NCBI RefSeq assembly: GCF_021028975.2
Contig: NC_059425.1
Location: 115,444,001-115,508,000, forward strand
From: Sphaerodactylus townsendi
Taxonomy: Eukaryota
Direction of reading: 5' to 3'
DNA: 64,000 nt
Part shown: in pieces, positions 49,811 through 61,319 of the stretch
Layout: each line of letters starts with the position of its first letter
Numbering within the stretch: the first letter of the stretch is position 1
Notes under the pieces: model-generated
Seen by the model: only the letters and a program-made list of their open reading frames with translations
Databases searched by the model: none
Told to the model about the DNA's origin: nothing
Made by a program: the position numbers and the translations under genes

Positions 49811-49888
49811 ATGTAACATGTGGCAACCTTCAAGGACTTTTGGGAGGCATGTAACATGTGGCAACCTTCAAGGACTTTTGGGAGGCAT
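49811..49888. repeat. Perfect 38-bp tandem duplication
   Basis: atgtaacatgtggcaaccttcaaggacttttgggaggc occurs twice, followed by at. Confidence 0.97.
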
Positions 49889-50909
49889 CTCATTTTCCAC
49901 TTCCCCACTATTTCCTCTTTCTTTATCATGAAAGCCCTCATAGCCTCTCTTCCCTTTCTGCTTCCTTCTCTCCTCCTGGGGTTGCCAACCTCCACGGCCA
50001 AACCTTCAAGGGCCAAAACAGGCCTAGAAAGAACCCTGCCTTCGACCCCTCTCTTTTTATTCACAGAAACCCAGCGTGGAATATTGCTTAAAGCTTTTAT
50101 CATATAGGGGTTTTTAAATTCCCCCCTCCTTCCCCATTTTAGATTTCATATTATTCTGCAAACCTGAGGCCATTTTCAGGTTTGTAGAAGGATCTGTCTT
50201 GCCCATTCATAGCTACTGTCACTGGATTTACGTATAAACTATATAGATGATATTGTTTAAGTGGAAAATGATCTTACCCAGTCATTAATAAAGGGAGACC
50301 TAATAAATAGGAAGTTAAAAGTTCTTATTTCCCTCTTGCCCTGTTATGCTATATTTTGAAGCTACTGTGTTTGTGCTTCCAGAAAGAAGAAATGCTAATT
50401 TATTGCTGATCAGAAGAAGTATTTATTTACAATTCATTAGCCATGTAGTGAATGCTTTGTTCATTCTGTAGCAGACTGTTCTCCATCTGTTACTTGAGAA
50501 TATCCAGATCTGGGGAGTGCATTTTCAATAGCTGTTTTCATTTCTTCTAATGTCTTTCTTTAGTGTTCCTGAAAATATTTTCACTGGCATGAGAAATGAC
50601 ACCTACATCAGATTTATTTACCAATGAAAACATTTTCAGGAGAAGTGATACTCTTTTGACTTATACATGTGCTTCGGGATCTGGAATTATGTTCTGTTTC
50701 CAGTTATGCTACAGGTTGTTTGTGCTTTTCTTTCAGAGCCACTCCTTGGACCAAGACTGAACCTTTTAAAAAAAGAGTTAAGTCCTATTGATAGCAATAG
50801 GAGTTGTGGCTACAAGCCAAGGGTTTTTTTAGATTCAGCTTTCTGATCCAATATTATAGATAAGATAATTACAGTATTAATTACATCAGGTGAAATATCA
50901 ATGCAAAGT

Positions 50910-51365
50910 AAGGGTGTGCATTAAAAATCAGTATGGGGGGAATTTGGGTATATTGGAGTTTTAAAAAATATTGGTATTCCTGATTTTTCAAGATCTGAAT
51001 ACTGATATGGTATTTGGATCTGGGTTTTATTTGGGTCGGGGAAAGCAATGGCAAACTACCCCACAAAAATGGCTTGCCTATGAAATCACTGCTTGCAGTG
51101 GTACCCCAGGGTCAGACACGACTGAAGGGGAAACTTTACCTTTACCTTTTACTCCAGAAACCAAAATTATTTTCTATGGAGAAGTTATTTGGGGGTATGG
51201 GGGTTTGTTTTTTTAAGCTAGAGGCACTAAAATTACAGTAGAGCTGCTGGTGACTGTCCACAGAATCACTACCAAGTTTCAAGAAGATTGAATAAGGTGT
51301 CCAATTTTGTGGACCCCCAAAGAATGTGCCCCCCATCCATCCTCAATTGATTTCAATGGCAGAAA
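50910..51365. mobile_element. Non-autonomous DNA-transposon-like repeat related to 53900-55070
   Basis: Starts agggtgtgca. Shares the module ttttaagctag...aaaatt...ccaagttt...tggaccccca...gcccccatc with 54580-54710. Interrupted by a Sauria SINE. Confidence 0.5.
51030..51151 (+). mobile_element. Sauria SINE 3' fragment
   Basis: gcaatggcaaactacccc...gggtcagacacgactgaaggggaa followed by the diagnostic (ACCTTT)n tail. Confidence 0.8.
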
Positions 51366-51645
51366 ACCTAGTCCCTGGCTGCCCTAAACAGTGAGGCCAG
51401 TGCATTCCTGCTCCATATGATGTGAGCAGGAACTGTGTGCTGAGAATAGCCTAAGCATCCTGGAGCAGCCTGCAGAAACCAATGTCTTCAACTACAAAAA
51501 AGGGGTGCCTGTCTGGAGTGACCATCTTGCCAATGAGGTGAGTAACCCGCTTTCCTGTCTACTGTTTCCAGTATTGGATTTACTTGTAGGATTAGCAGGC
51601 TGACTCCTAGGGCCTCAAAATCTAGTGGGCCTCTGGCCAAAGTGC

Positions 51646-51830
51646 CAGTGGCTTAGTGCCCAGGGGACAGGGGGCGTCTTGCACCAGATTCACACCAGTG
51701 CAGGGGCATGGCGAGGATGGGGCGGGGGCATTCGGGGGGCGTTCCAGGGTGTGGCAGGGCAGACGGGTGTATGGAAGGAATGCAGGGTGCACACGTGCCC
51801 TGGGTGCAGTTCCTCCTTGCCACAACTCTG
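51646..51830 (+). mobile_element. 185-bp G-rich hAT-like MITE
   Basis: CAG...CTG ends and an imperfect 8-bp TSD CAAAGTGC / CAAAGTAT. Homologous in inverted orientation to 58185-58368. Confidence 0.65.
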
Positions 51831-53899
51831 CAAAGTATATATTTTTGACAAATTCCTGCTTATTCCACAAAATGTTTACAAAGTTTGTTATAACAAAAGT
51901 TTTTCACAGTATTAGTTTTAACATGTGCATTTTTTCCAGTCATTATGGCACTTAATAACATCTTATGTCCTTTAGAGGAGGAATTGTGAATGGCAGAATT
52001 TTAAACACTTGTCATAATCTCCTCAGCTTTTCTTGATTTTATTTAAAACACTCTTCCATCTTCCTCTAGTTGTGAGGGTGGGGGATTGGGAGGGGCCTCA
52101 CAAGTGGAATCATCTAAGGCCTCTCTTTATCTAAATCTCGCACTGGCTGTTTCCCACCTAAATGCATCCTATTTCAAAATATTGGACAAAATATTGAAAA
52201 CATTACATTTCAAAATATCATTACTATTTCACATCAGACACTTCTTAGTGTTAGGTCATTATTTTTGTTGATGAGTTTGTGTTAATAGCTTAGAAGTATT
52301 CAGAGCTGTATGTCAGAGTCTAACCACTACAAGGAAAACTTGCTAAAACATCTGAAACAATTTGTGTGCCATTTAATGGGAACAATGTACAATACAAATG
52401 GTGAGAAAACTTGGCATTATAAATTTTCTTAAATAATGCACGGTTCAATTTTTTCAGACTCTTGTGCTCTCTTAACAGAAAATAAATGCGCCCCACCAAC
52501 AACACTCCAGGAAGCTAACAGCATATCACCTGTACTGGAGACTACAGTCATACCACCCACACTGCCTATCTTGTGCATCATGGTGATGATGTGTCAATTG
52601 CATATGGCAACAACCACACATACACAAAGCGCATCAAGAGAAAGAACAAAGGAAACAAAAGCACACTCTGGTATACCCAGTAGTAGCACTTCAGTTACCA
52701 TAGTCCTGGAAACAAATGGAGGTTTGAATCCAGTTGTATGAAAAAAAAGTCTTTTTTTGACAAGAGGACACATAGGGGAGGAAATTCTTGTAGCTGAATT
52801 GGGAAAGGAAGCCCCCACAGACAACCAATGGTTTTACCTCAGGAAGGCTTTGTGGAGGACAGGATGAAGAATGCCCTGAGCAGCTCTGGAAATACAATTT
52901 AGGGGTGATGTCTAGAGGAGGGGAAATCAGTGATTTGAATTTAACTGAAGGAGAAAACTTGCACATAGTTTTCCATTTCCCGTAGTTGTAGTAATGATAA
53001 AGAAATTAGTAAGAAGTTTCTGTACTGAATGATTACATAATTAATTCCTTTATAAACATTTTTGTAATTTAGTTCTTGTGTCTTGGTCTCAGTGCCTATT
53101 TATCCTATGCCTAATAAATACCAAGAAACCAGAGTATAAATTGTGTTTTACCTTAAAGGGTAAATGGTGCCAGTGAAATATAAGGTTAAATGATAACAAG
53201 GTTTAATATATAACTACTCCTCAGAATCTTGGTATTTTGGTTTCTCCAGTTTGTGTTCTAAATGTGCCCAATGTGGTAGCAGAGAGATGTAGACCCATGT
53301 CATGTGTCCTGTCTTCTAAGATATGCAAGTCTTAACTGAGAATAATATAGTGCTTAGTTGTACTGCGATAGGCTTAGTCAGTATCCTAAACTGCATTATG
53401 TCTCTTTAGATATAATAGAAGACAGGTGAGAGGGAACTTGGGGTTTTTTCCCACTTCCACTCAATTCAGTGGAAGTGTTTATACTCTAGTCAGTGTTTTC
53501 ACTGGGGCAACATACTGGTGCCAGAGACGATATGTATGTTTAGGATACCAAATAAATCCTGTTTTTCTCCTGGAAGGACCTGGTAACATCCACTTTTGCT
53601 GCCTGTGCTTATATAGCTATGCCAGAGCTGTATTTACAGCAGCGTGGAATCAGCAGGGCACTATTGCTGGTGTATTTCCAGATATGACAACGAATTTACA
53701 AATTACATCAGCAGAGAGGTTCGCTGCTAATCTAAGCAATTTATAGACTGGCTTTAGGACTGAGCTCTTAATCTTCTTGCCTAAAATTGCCATTATTTGC
53801 CATACATGAAAGCTCATTACATCCATCATATCAACAAATACTTTAAAAAGGGAAGAGTTACTTTAAGATATTGGGTTCATTCATATTTTGACTGAAGGT

Positions 53900-55070
53900 G
53901 AACCTGATGCCCACAGCACTTGCCCCTCCCAAGCAAACTTTAGCAAATTTGGCTGGTTGCTTTCAGGAGACTCACAGCAGCAGCCCCGCAGGAAATAAGT
54001 GCCCCTACCCAGAGCAAGACCCCCACCAGAGTGCCCCCCATTGAAACCTCTACCAAACGGCCAGCTGGGCATAACAGCAATCCCCATTGAAGTCTATGGT
54101 GGGAAAAGTTATTTTTCCCACCATAAAACTTGCTGAGGAGCCTGGCAGATTCTGGGGAATTTCTGAGTGTGTAAGCACTGACTGCACTTTTTTGAAGAGG
54201 TGCCAGACTTTCAAGATGACTCCTAGAGGCCTCCTGGTAATAGCATCTAAGCTTGGTGAACTTTGCTTCTGGAGGTGGGTTGTGTGGGTTGAGAGAGTTC
54301 TGAGAGAACTCAGCCAGCAGACTTCATGTGCAGGAGCGGAGAAACAAAATGAACCTTTTCGGGGTCCATAAAATTGAACTCTAGAAGCAAAGTTCATCAA
54401 ACCTGGATGCTATTACCAGGAGGGTTTCCTGGAGTCACCTTGAAAGTCTGGTGTCTCTATCTTCAAAAATGTGCAGCCTGCTTACACACTCAGAAATTCC
54501 CCATTGACTACAATGGAGCCAAGGCACTGCAGAACAGAGAATCTTGGCCAAATTTCTTAGGGTGCCTGTCAGGGGTGCATTTTTAAAGCTAGTGACATCA
54601 AAATTTTAGGATATCACCCAGAGACTGTTCTGATGATAGCACCTGAGTTTGGTGAAGTTTGGTTCAGGGGAGCAAAAGTTATGGACCCTCAAAGGGGTAG
54701 CACCCATCTCCTGTTAGCTCCTATTGGAATACAATGGGGGATGGGGCACCCCCTTTGGGGGTCCATAACTTTACTCCCCTGAACCAAACTTTACCAAACT
54801 CAGGTGGTGTCATCAGAACAGTCTCTGAATGATACCCTTCAATTTTGGTGCTACTACCTTTAAAAATGCGTCCTCTGCATGGCGAAATGTGAAAAAACCA
54901 CCCCAAAAAATACAAACAATTTCAAACAGACCCGAATTTTTCAGATATACCCGAATATTCGGGTACATCCAAATATGTTATTTGTCTTATTCAGGCATAC
55001 AGAAAATTCTGTGCCTTAATAAATCTGAATCCAAATTTTACTGAATTTTTAGGGTATTTACCAAGCCTAG
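53900..55070. mobile_element. Modular non-autonomous hAT-like element with two long internal inverted repeats
   Basis: IR pairs at ~54151-54274/54379-54503 and ~54581-54710/54738-54866; subterminal ccgaa repeats; right end ccaagccta (TAGGCTTG on the minus strand). Confidence 0.6.
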
Positions 55071-55194
55071 CAGCCAATGCAGTTCTTTCAGGACCAGTGT
55101 TATACGGTCTTGACTGGCTACACCAGCAAACAGCCTAAATTGACAAGGGAAGTTGCCAAGACAGTGTTTTTTTCATCTTCACAAAGTTATAAAA

Positions 55195-56065
55195 ATGATA
55201 TCCTACCTGTCCTGATCTAACCACAATGATCCATGCAACGGTCACCTCTAGATTTGACTACTGTACCTCACTGTTTGCAGGGCTACCCTTGAAGCTGCTG
55301 CAGCAACTACAATTGGGTCAGAATGCAGCAGCACAGGTCCTTACAGGGTCCGTGGAGAGTTCACATTCATCCTGTTCTCCACTAGCTGTACTGGCTTTAG
55401 ACTGAATACTGGATCAATGTTTTTGTACTGGTCTGAGACCATCAAATGGTCTGGGACCATCAAATCTGCAGGACCATCTCTCCCAATACATCATTCATAG
55501 AGCTCTGTAATCAAGTGAAAACAGCTTCCTGGTGGTTGCTGGCCCAAGAGACATTTGACTGTTCTTGACCAGGGCCAGGGCTTTTTGGACCTTGGCTCCA
55601 GCCTGGTGGAATGATCTATGGAATGAAACTTGGGCCCAGAGGGAACTGGTTTAGTTCTGCAGGGGCTGTAAGACAGAAATGTTCTGCGAAGCCTATGGTT
55701 GAGGACAACAATGGTTTCACTGCAGCCGGCCTCCCTATTCCTGTTCTTTTTTGCTGGACACAATTAGAATCCTACACTTCCCATTGTTCGTTAGTTAGGT
55801 TCCACCTATTACTGCTCCTGGAATTTTACCCACATTGGGTGATTCCCTTTAGATGGGCTAAGTGAGGTAAAGGAGGCAATTTATTGTTAGGGTTAAAAAC
55901 CTATAATTAATTAGGTTTTAAATTTTAACATTAATATATATGTATGAGTTTTATGGTTATATTTTATTATGGATCAATTGTGTATGATTTTATGGTTGTT
56001 AGCTGCTCTGATTCTGACTTTGTTGGAAAACAATGGAGTAGAAATCAAATTAGATAAATAAAAAT
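55195..56065 (+). mobile_element. Old L2 LINE 3' fragment
   Basis: atccatgcaacggtcacctctagatttgactactg (IHATVTSR.DYC) and tactggct (LHWL-like), followed by an AT-rich UTR and a taaataaa tail. Confidence 0.8.
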
Positions 56066-56555
56066 TGCCTGGCTATATTGAGACTACGCAGTTACATTGT
56101 CAACCCAGTGATTTCAAAGGGGGAGGAATAAGATCATAGTTTTGATCCCACATAGAGTGTGTGTGTGTGTGGGGGGGGGACATTGTCTCCCATATCCATT
56201 CCATGAAAGACCTAGGATTTTTACCCCCTCCTTTTCCATCAATCTGTTACTGGAATCCCCTATGACCAGAAACAGCATTTCAGGACCAATTTGGACAGCC
56301 ACAGGACTTGTAAATCCTGCCCTTTGTACCCATGGAAATGTACCTCATGTTTAGTTCTTCAATTGAAATAAATGTAACTTAAGCAGCTGAATGATGTCTG
56401 TGTCCCATGTCCTTACACAGCACATTTCTCAGCAGTAAGAGGTTCCTGATGTCCTGTAAGTTTTATCTAGCTTGTCAGCACTTATCAACAGACCTCAACA
56501 ATGCTATCTGAATGCCCAGAACCATGAACCTAAAAGCACTCAGATTGGATGTGAT

Positions 56556-56783
56556 NNNNNNNNNNNNNNNNNNNNNNNNNNNNNNNNNNNNNNNNNNNNN
56601 NNNNNNNNNNNNNNNNNNNNNNNNNNNNNNNNNNNNNNNNNNNNNNNNNNNNNNNNNNNNNNNNNNNNNNNNNNNNNNNNNNNNNNNNNNNNNNNNNNNN
56701 NNNNNNNNNNNNNNNNNNNNNNNNNNNNNNNNNNNNNNNNNNNNNNNNNNNNNNNNNNNNNNNNNNNNNNNNNNNNNNNNNNN
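56556..56783. other. Assembly gap (228 N)
   Basis: Run of n characters. Confidence 1.
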
Positions 56784-57338
56784 AAACTTTCCCTGTGTTT
56801 CCTACACAACAAGAACAAGAAGTACACAGCTTCTCCTTAGCCTGATTACTACACTGTTTCACAATGGAAATTATTAGCTATAGTTTTCTAACAAAACCAT
56901 GCACTGATTCTGGTGATGTTCTGAAATTAAGTATGGAAAGGATCTAAAAACCAAGTGGATTAATTGGGGACTTATCAAAGAAGACAGAAATAGCTTGCTT
57001 TCCCCAAGTCTTTCTATTTATTTTTTTCATGTTCCCTTTTAAAGGGCACAAAATTGGCAGTGCTGTAACAGTAAAGGAATGATAGATGGATGTGCCAGTG
57101 TAAGAATGCCTGTAGTTTTTCTCCACAGTAACACAAGCTTTTAGATCTGTAGCTGCCTAAGATTTCTTGACTCATCTTTTAAATAATTTTTGTAGCTAAA
57201 CATTGACTTGCTTCCAATATCTTAAGCAGACATATGCCAACAATTTCCTTCAAAAATATAACCAATCTTGAGAAGACATAAACATTTGGAGATTTTGTGG
57301 TAGTGCTTAACACAGAAATTCTGCAGTTCTGCACTAAA

Positions 57339-57426
57339 CAGTTCAATCCTAAACAGAGTTATACACTTCTAATCCTATTGATTTCAATGGACTTAGAATA
57401 GTGTAATTGTATTTAGAATTGCACTG
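57339..57426. mobile_element. 88-bp old palindromic MITE
   Basis: cagttcaatcctaaacagagttatacacttctaa...ttagaatagtgtaattgtatttagaattgcactg folds back around attgatttcaat. Confidence 0.6.
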
Positions 57427-57479
57427 AAAATACATATGTTAATAAACTGATTTATTCCATTACAACTATTCTTTTTATT

Positions 57480-57640
57480 GTATTGTCGAAGGCTTTCACA
57501 GCCGGAATCACTTGGGTGCTGTGTGGTTTCCGGGCTGTATTGCTGTGTTCTAGCAGCATTCTCTCCTAAAAGAGAGAAATCAATTAGGAGAGAATGCTGC
57601 TAGAACACGGCCATACAGCCCGGAAACCACACAGCACCCA
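57480..57640 (-). mobile_element. Penelope-like element 3'-terminal insertion with inverted duplicate
   Basis: PLE-type 3' end ...gtgaaagccttcgacaatac on the minus strand; 57-bp inverted arms 57513-57569 / 57584-57640; perfect 13-bp TSD TATTCTTTTTATT (57467-57479 / 57641-57653). Confidence 0.8.
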
Positions 57641-57917
57641 TATTCTTTTTATTCTTACTTAAATAGCCTGATATCAGTCTATTTTGGAGGCATATTATCA
57701 GGGGTGGAATAATGCAAAGCCAGGGCTGAGAAACATGGGCATTGCTATTTTGTGAAAGTTTATATTATCACCTGGGAAAATGTTCAGTGATTTTTTCCAT
57801 CACAAAAAGGGGTTAAAATGTTCATTATTCAAAATAAAATTAGGATTTTATGACATCATTATATATCTAAATCTGATTGGCTACATGTATCAATGTAATG
57901 TCATTATACTGACTAGA

Positions 57918-57973
57918 TGAGCCCTTCGGGGATGGGGCGGTATAGAAATCCAATAAATAAATAAATAAAAAAA
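57918..57973 (+). mobile_element. Extremely truncated L2 3' end
   Basis: tgagcccttcggggatggggcggtatagaaatc plus (AATA)n. The flanks attatactgac / attattactgac resemble a TSD. Confidence 0.7.
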
Positions 57974-58034
57974 ATTATTACTGACAGGGATCCCCTTTTA
58001 GGAAGATCTTGTTTCTTTCTTAAAGTAGCCCAAT

Positions 58035-58105
58035 CCAAGAAGAGGAAGAGTTTGAATTTATATTTACTTTCTCTTCTGTTAGGAGACTCAAAGGAGCTTA
58101 CCAAC
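58035..58105 (-). mobile_element. Squam3-type SINE 3' end
   Basis: Reverse complement is gtaagctcctttgagtctcc...gagaaag...tataaattcaaactcttcctcttc. Confidence 0.7.
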
Positions 58106-58184
58106 TCATATGTCATGCTCATTATATTTCACAGCTATGGAATATCATGCATAAATTACAACAACATTGCTACAGCCTGAGAAC

Positions 58185-58368
58185 CAGTGATGAAAGGAGG
58201 GGAAACTGCGCCCAGGATATGAACTGCCTTCACACGCCCACTCCCATCCCAACCCAGCCTCACCCCCCAAAATGCCCTGACACACCCCACCCCATCCCTG
58301 ACATGTGACTGCAATGGTGGCTCCCGGGGTGAGCCACCCCGGATGTCCCCATTGCAACTCTGCCTCTG
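58185..58368 (-). mobile_element. 184-bp G-rich hAT-like MITE
   Basis: Perfect 8-bp TSD CTGAGAAC (58177-58184 / 58369-58376) and CAG...CTG ends. Same family as 51646-51830. Confidence 0.75.
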
Positions 58369-58803
58369 CTGAGAACAATCAGTAGATTTTGGAGGATGGC
58401 AAATACAAGCCAATGTGTTCTAAATGTGAAGCTTCACATTTACTGTAATCCAGATGAGGAAGAGAATGACAATGACTGTGGTGTCCCAAGTGCGCAGGAT
58501 TGGGGGGGCATGGGGAGGGTGCACAGAGAAGGTGTTGTCCCTGGGCGCCATTTCCCCCTAATACACCTCTGCCTTTAACACATACACAAATGTTACCAGC
58601 ATCCCACTATATATTTGTAAAGTGAGTTTTACAGGCAGAACTAACTATAGGTAATCTTTACTAACAGTTGTTTATTTCATTGTAGAAGTATATTTTCCTG
58701 GAAAATACTCAGGTTTGTACAAATAAAAGTTGTAAAAATGGCATCTATCTTTTTTAAAAAAACATAAGAAACAGTTGTCAGACTTTCTGGATACATACCC
58801 CTA

Positions 58804-61319
58804 AGCTGTTTTTGCACGGCACAATTATATTGGGTTACAATCAGTATTTTACAATCTGAGTCTATTTTATCACGGTTTCTCCCTTCGCATGGCTGCTTGT
58901 TTCTATGAAGGAATCGAGTAAAGCACAGGAGGAAATACTCCAGTTTGTTTTGCACAAGCCCAAATCTTTTGTATTTGCGCAAACATCCCTGGTGTCCCAC
59001 GTTCTGATTGGCTGTTGTTTTTGGGTGACAGCTTGAATGAACATCTATGCCCTGCCTTTTGAATTTGAATTGCTGCCACCCACCTTTGCACCTGCTCTGC
59101 AGTTTTTGGGTAGGAGCATGTTTTGTGAGTCAGAAGATCCTCCGTTGAACCTATGGAACATAGATCCACATTCAGAGGTGGCGCAGCTGCTGGGTGTGTT
59201 TGTGACATGGTGGCACACCTCCTCTACCTCATGCACAGTTTCCGTGGGTTTCCGTGGTGAAACAGCAGTTTGGTGTCAGCCTGGCAACTGTAGCAGAAGC
59301 CGTGCATGAATTCTGCCTGGCTGTGAGTGTTGCGCTCTTCAGGAGGGTGGTCTGTTTTGCAGATAATGTGGAACAGGTACGTGAATTCCTGTGTCCAGCT
59401 GGGATGGCCCCTTTGTGCAGAGACTGTGTGTATTGAGCCGCTTCTCGCTTTATGTTCTGGGTGTCAGTAATCTTGTGTATGAGTTTATGGCTGCCCCTCC
59501 TCATACCCCCTGCGCACACACATGTCAAGACCCCCTCCCCCCATGGCACTTTTCGATCTGTGAAGTAACACTTTCTTACACCTCTCTCAACAGGTCATGA
59601 TGGGATTTGCCCAGCTGGGCTTCGTCCAATGTGTGGGAGCCATGGATGGATGCCATATTCCCATCAGGAATCCTTCCGATGCACCAGGGCAGTACATGAA
59701 TAGGAAAAACTTTGCCTCTATTGTCCGGGTGGTGGTCTGCGACCACAAGGGATGGTTCCTCGAAGTCGAGATTGGACACCCAGGCAGGAGCCATGATACC
59801 CACATCTTCAGGGAATGCCGCTTTACCCACGACATGGACAGGAGTGAGTTTATTCCAGGGAATGCGACACTAACCATGGATACTCCATGGATACACCATT
59901 CCCCCACTAGTTCTGGCTGATGGTGCATTTCCCATGAGGAGGTGGCTTGTGAAGCCGTAGGTTCTCCCACATGATGCAAGGGAGTGTAACTTCAATTACA
60001 GACTTTCCCAGGCAAGGAACATGATGGAGTGGGCATTTGGAAGACCAAAGTCCAAGTGGTGTTGCCTTCTTATGAGGCTCCAGGTTGATGCCCCACACAT
60101 TGTCAACCCGGTCATAGTAGCATATGTTGTGTGAGAACTATGATGCTCTAGAGAGTGAGGTCCGAAAAGCAGCAGGAGATTTCAATGAGGGCACAGGAAA
60201 TGAGGCACTACAACCCCCATGATGAAACCAATCTTGAAGATGGCAGGGGTGTGCAAGGTGCTCTGGTCACTTATCTGCACAGGAGCAAGGACCAATGATA
60301 CCTGCTCCAACTGTGTGAAGTGGCTGTTAATCGGTGGGGTTGGGAACATGGCCATTGACTGCCTCACCCTAGCTTACCTCTTACTCCTGCCTCTTAACAT
60401 TTTGGTTGCAGTCTCCTGTCTGTACAGGCACTATTCGTTAATGTTATTTCCAGTGTCAAGTTAGCACATGGGAAAAAATTGTTCTTTTAAAAAGTGTTTT
60501 GAAACCATGCAAATAAAAAAACAGTGTGTTCTGAAACTATGCAAAGTTCCCTTTTCTTCTCTTGAGGGTCCCTAGCTTGGTGGGTGGGGTGGTTCAGGCT
60601 GCAAGTAGGGCAGGCCCCTCAGTGGTCTGCCAGTCACCTCCTGTTGGACCCAGGGCAGGGGGGGCTGCCCATGTGCTGCCTGGCTGTATGGGGGCTTCCA
60701 CTGTTTGGTGGCTGTTCTTCCTTTCACAACATTGGGTGGGGAGACCAAGTTCTGGGGAACTGTTCTCTCAGAACCAGGCAATTATTGCTGTGCCAGCATG
60801 AGTCAATGGGGAGGGTATGTTCACTGCTTCGTTTAAAACCTGGACAGGCAGCATACCTTTCACTATGTGCCCACCTGGCAAGAGAGTTCCTTATCTGCAA
60901 GGATGTAGGTAAGGGAGGGGTTCCTGGGTTCAAACCCCCAATTACATGTCCAAAGCTTCTCGCCTACTGGCTAGGCTCCCAGCTGGCAGTCCAGTGGGCT
61001 GTAATGGTCAGCAGCTCAGCAGAGTTGAAAACTGACGACATCAGGTGCAGAGATTAGGGGGTGGGCATCAGGCCAGAGAGCTAAGGCGGCTGGGTGAGGA
61101 AAATAAACTGGTTCTGCTTTCATAGTGTTTGCCCGGTAGCCGGTTCAATGTGGGATTTTTGAAAAGAATCACCAAATTGGCAATTTTTTAAAATCTTGGA
61201 ATGAGGGGAATATTGTGGGGCAAACCTACTTTAGGACTGGGAACCATGAGGACTTTTTGACCAAACTGGCATATTTTCCTTGCTCAACCCACAATATTTG
61301 AACCTTTCAGAAACGACCC
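58804..61319 (+). mobile_element. Decayed autonomous-type Harbinger DNA transposon (~2.5 kb)
   Basis: Degenerate TIRs agctgtttttgcacggcacaattatattgggtt versus the reverse complement of the right end gggtcgtttctgaaaggttcaaatattgtgggtt, with an internal transposase. Confidence 0.7.
59254..60130 (+). pseudogene. Harbinger (HARBI1-like, DDE_Tnp_4) transposase, disrupted, two exons
   Basis: QFGVSLATV...HEFC | GF..CVGAMDGCHIPI..P...YMNRKNF.SI....CDH.G.F.....HPGRSHD..IF, then a frameshift, LADGAFP...WLVKP*, and FNYRLSQAR..MEWAFG. Intron at 59377-59593. Confidence 0.9.

Noticed and set aside
52560-52710. Olfactory-receptor-like N-terminus on the minus strand (VTEVLLLGIP...CN*HII)
   Set aside because: The spacing resembles the OR TM1 region, but the N-glycosylation site, GN, LHTPMY and all later OR motifs are missing. 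Probably coincidence.
56472-56877. ORFs spanning the N run
   Set aside because: Artefacts of the assembly gap.
59597-59920. Domesticated HARBI1 host gene
   Set aside because: A frameshift and an in-frame stop downstream, together with flanking TIR remnants, indicate a dead transposon copy.
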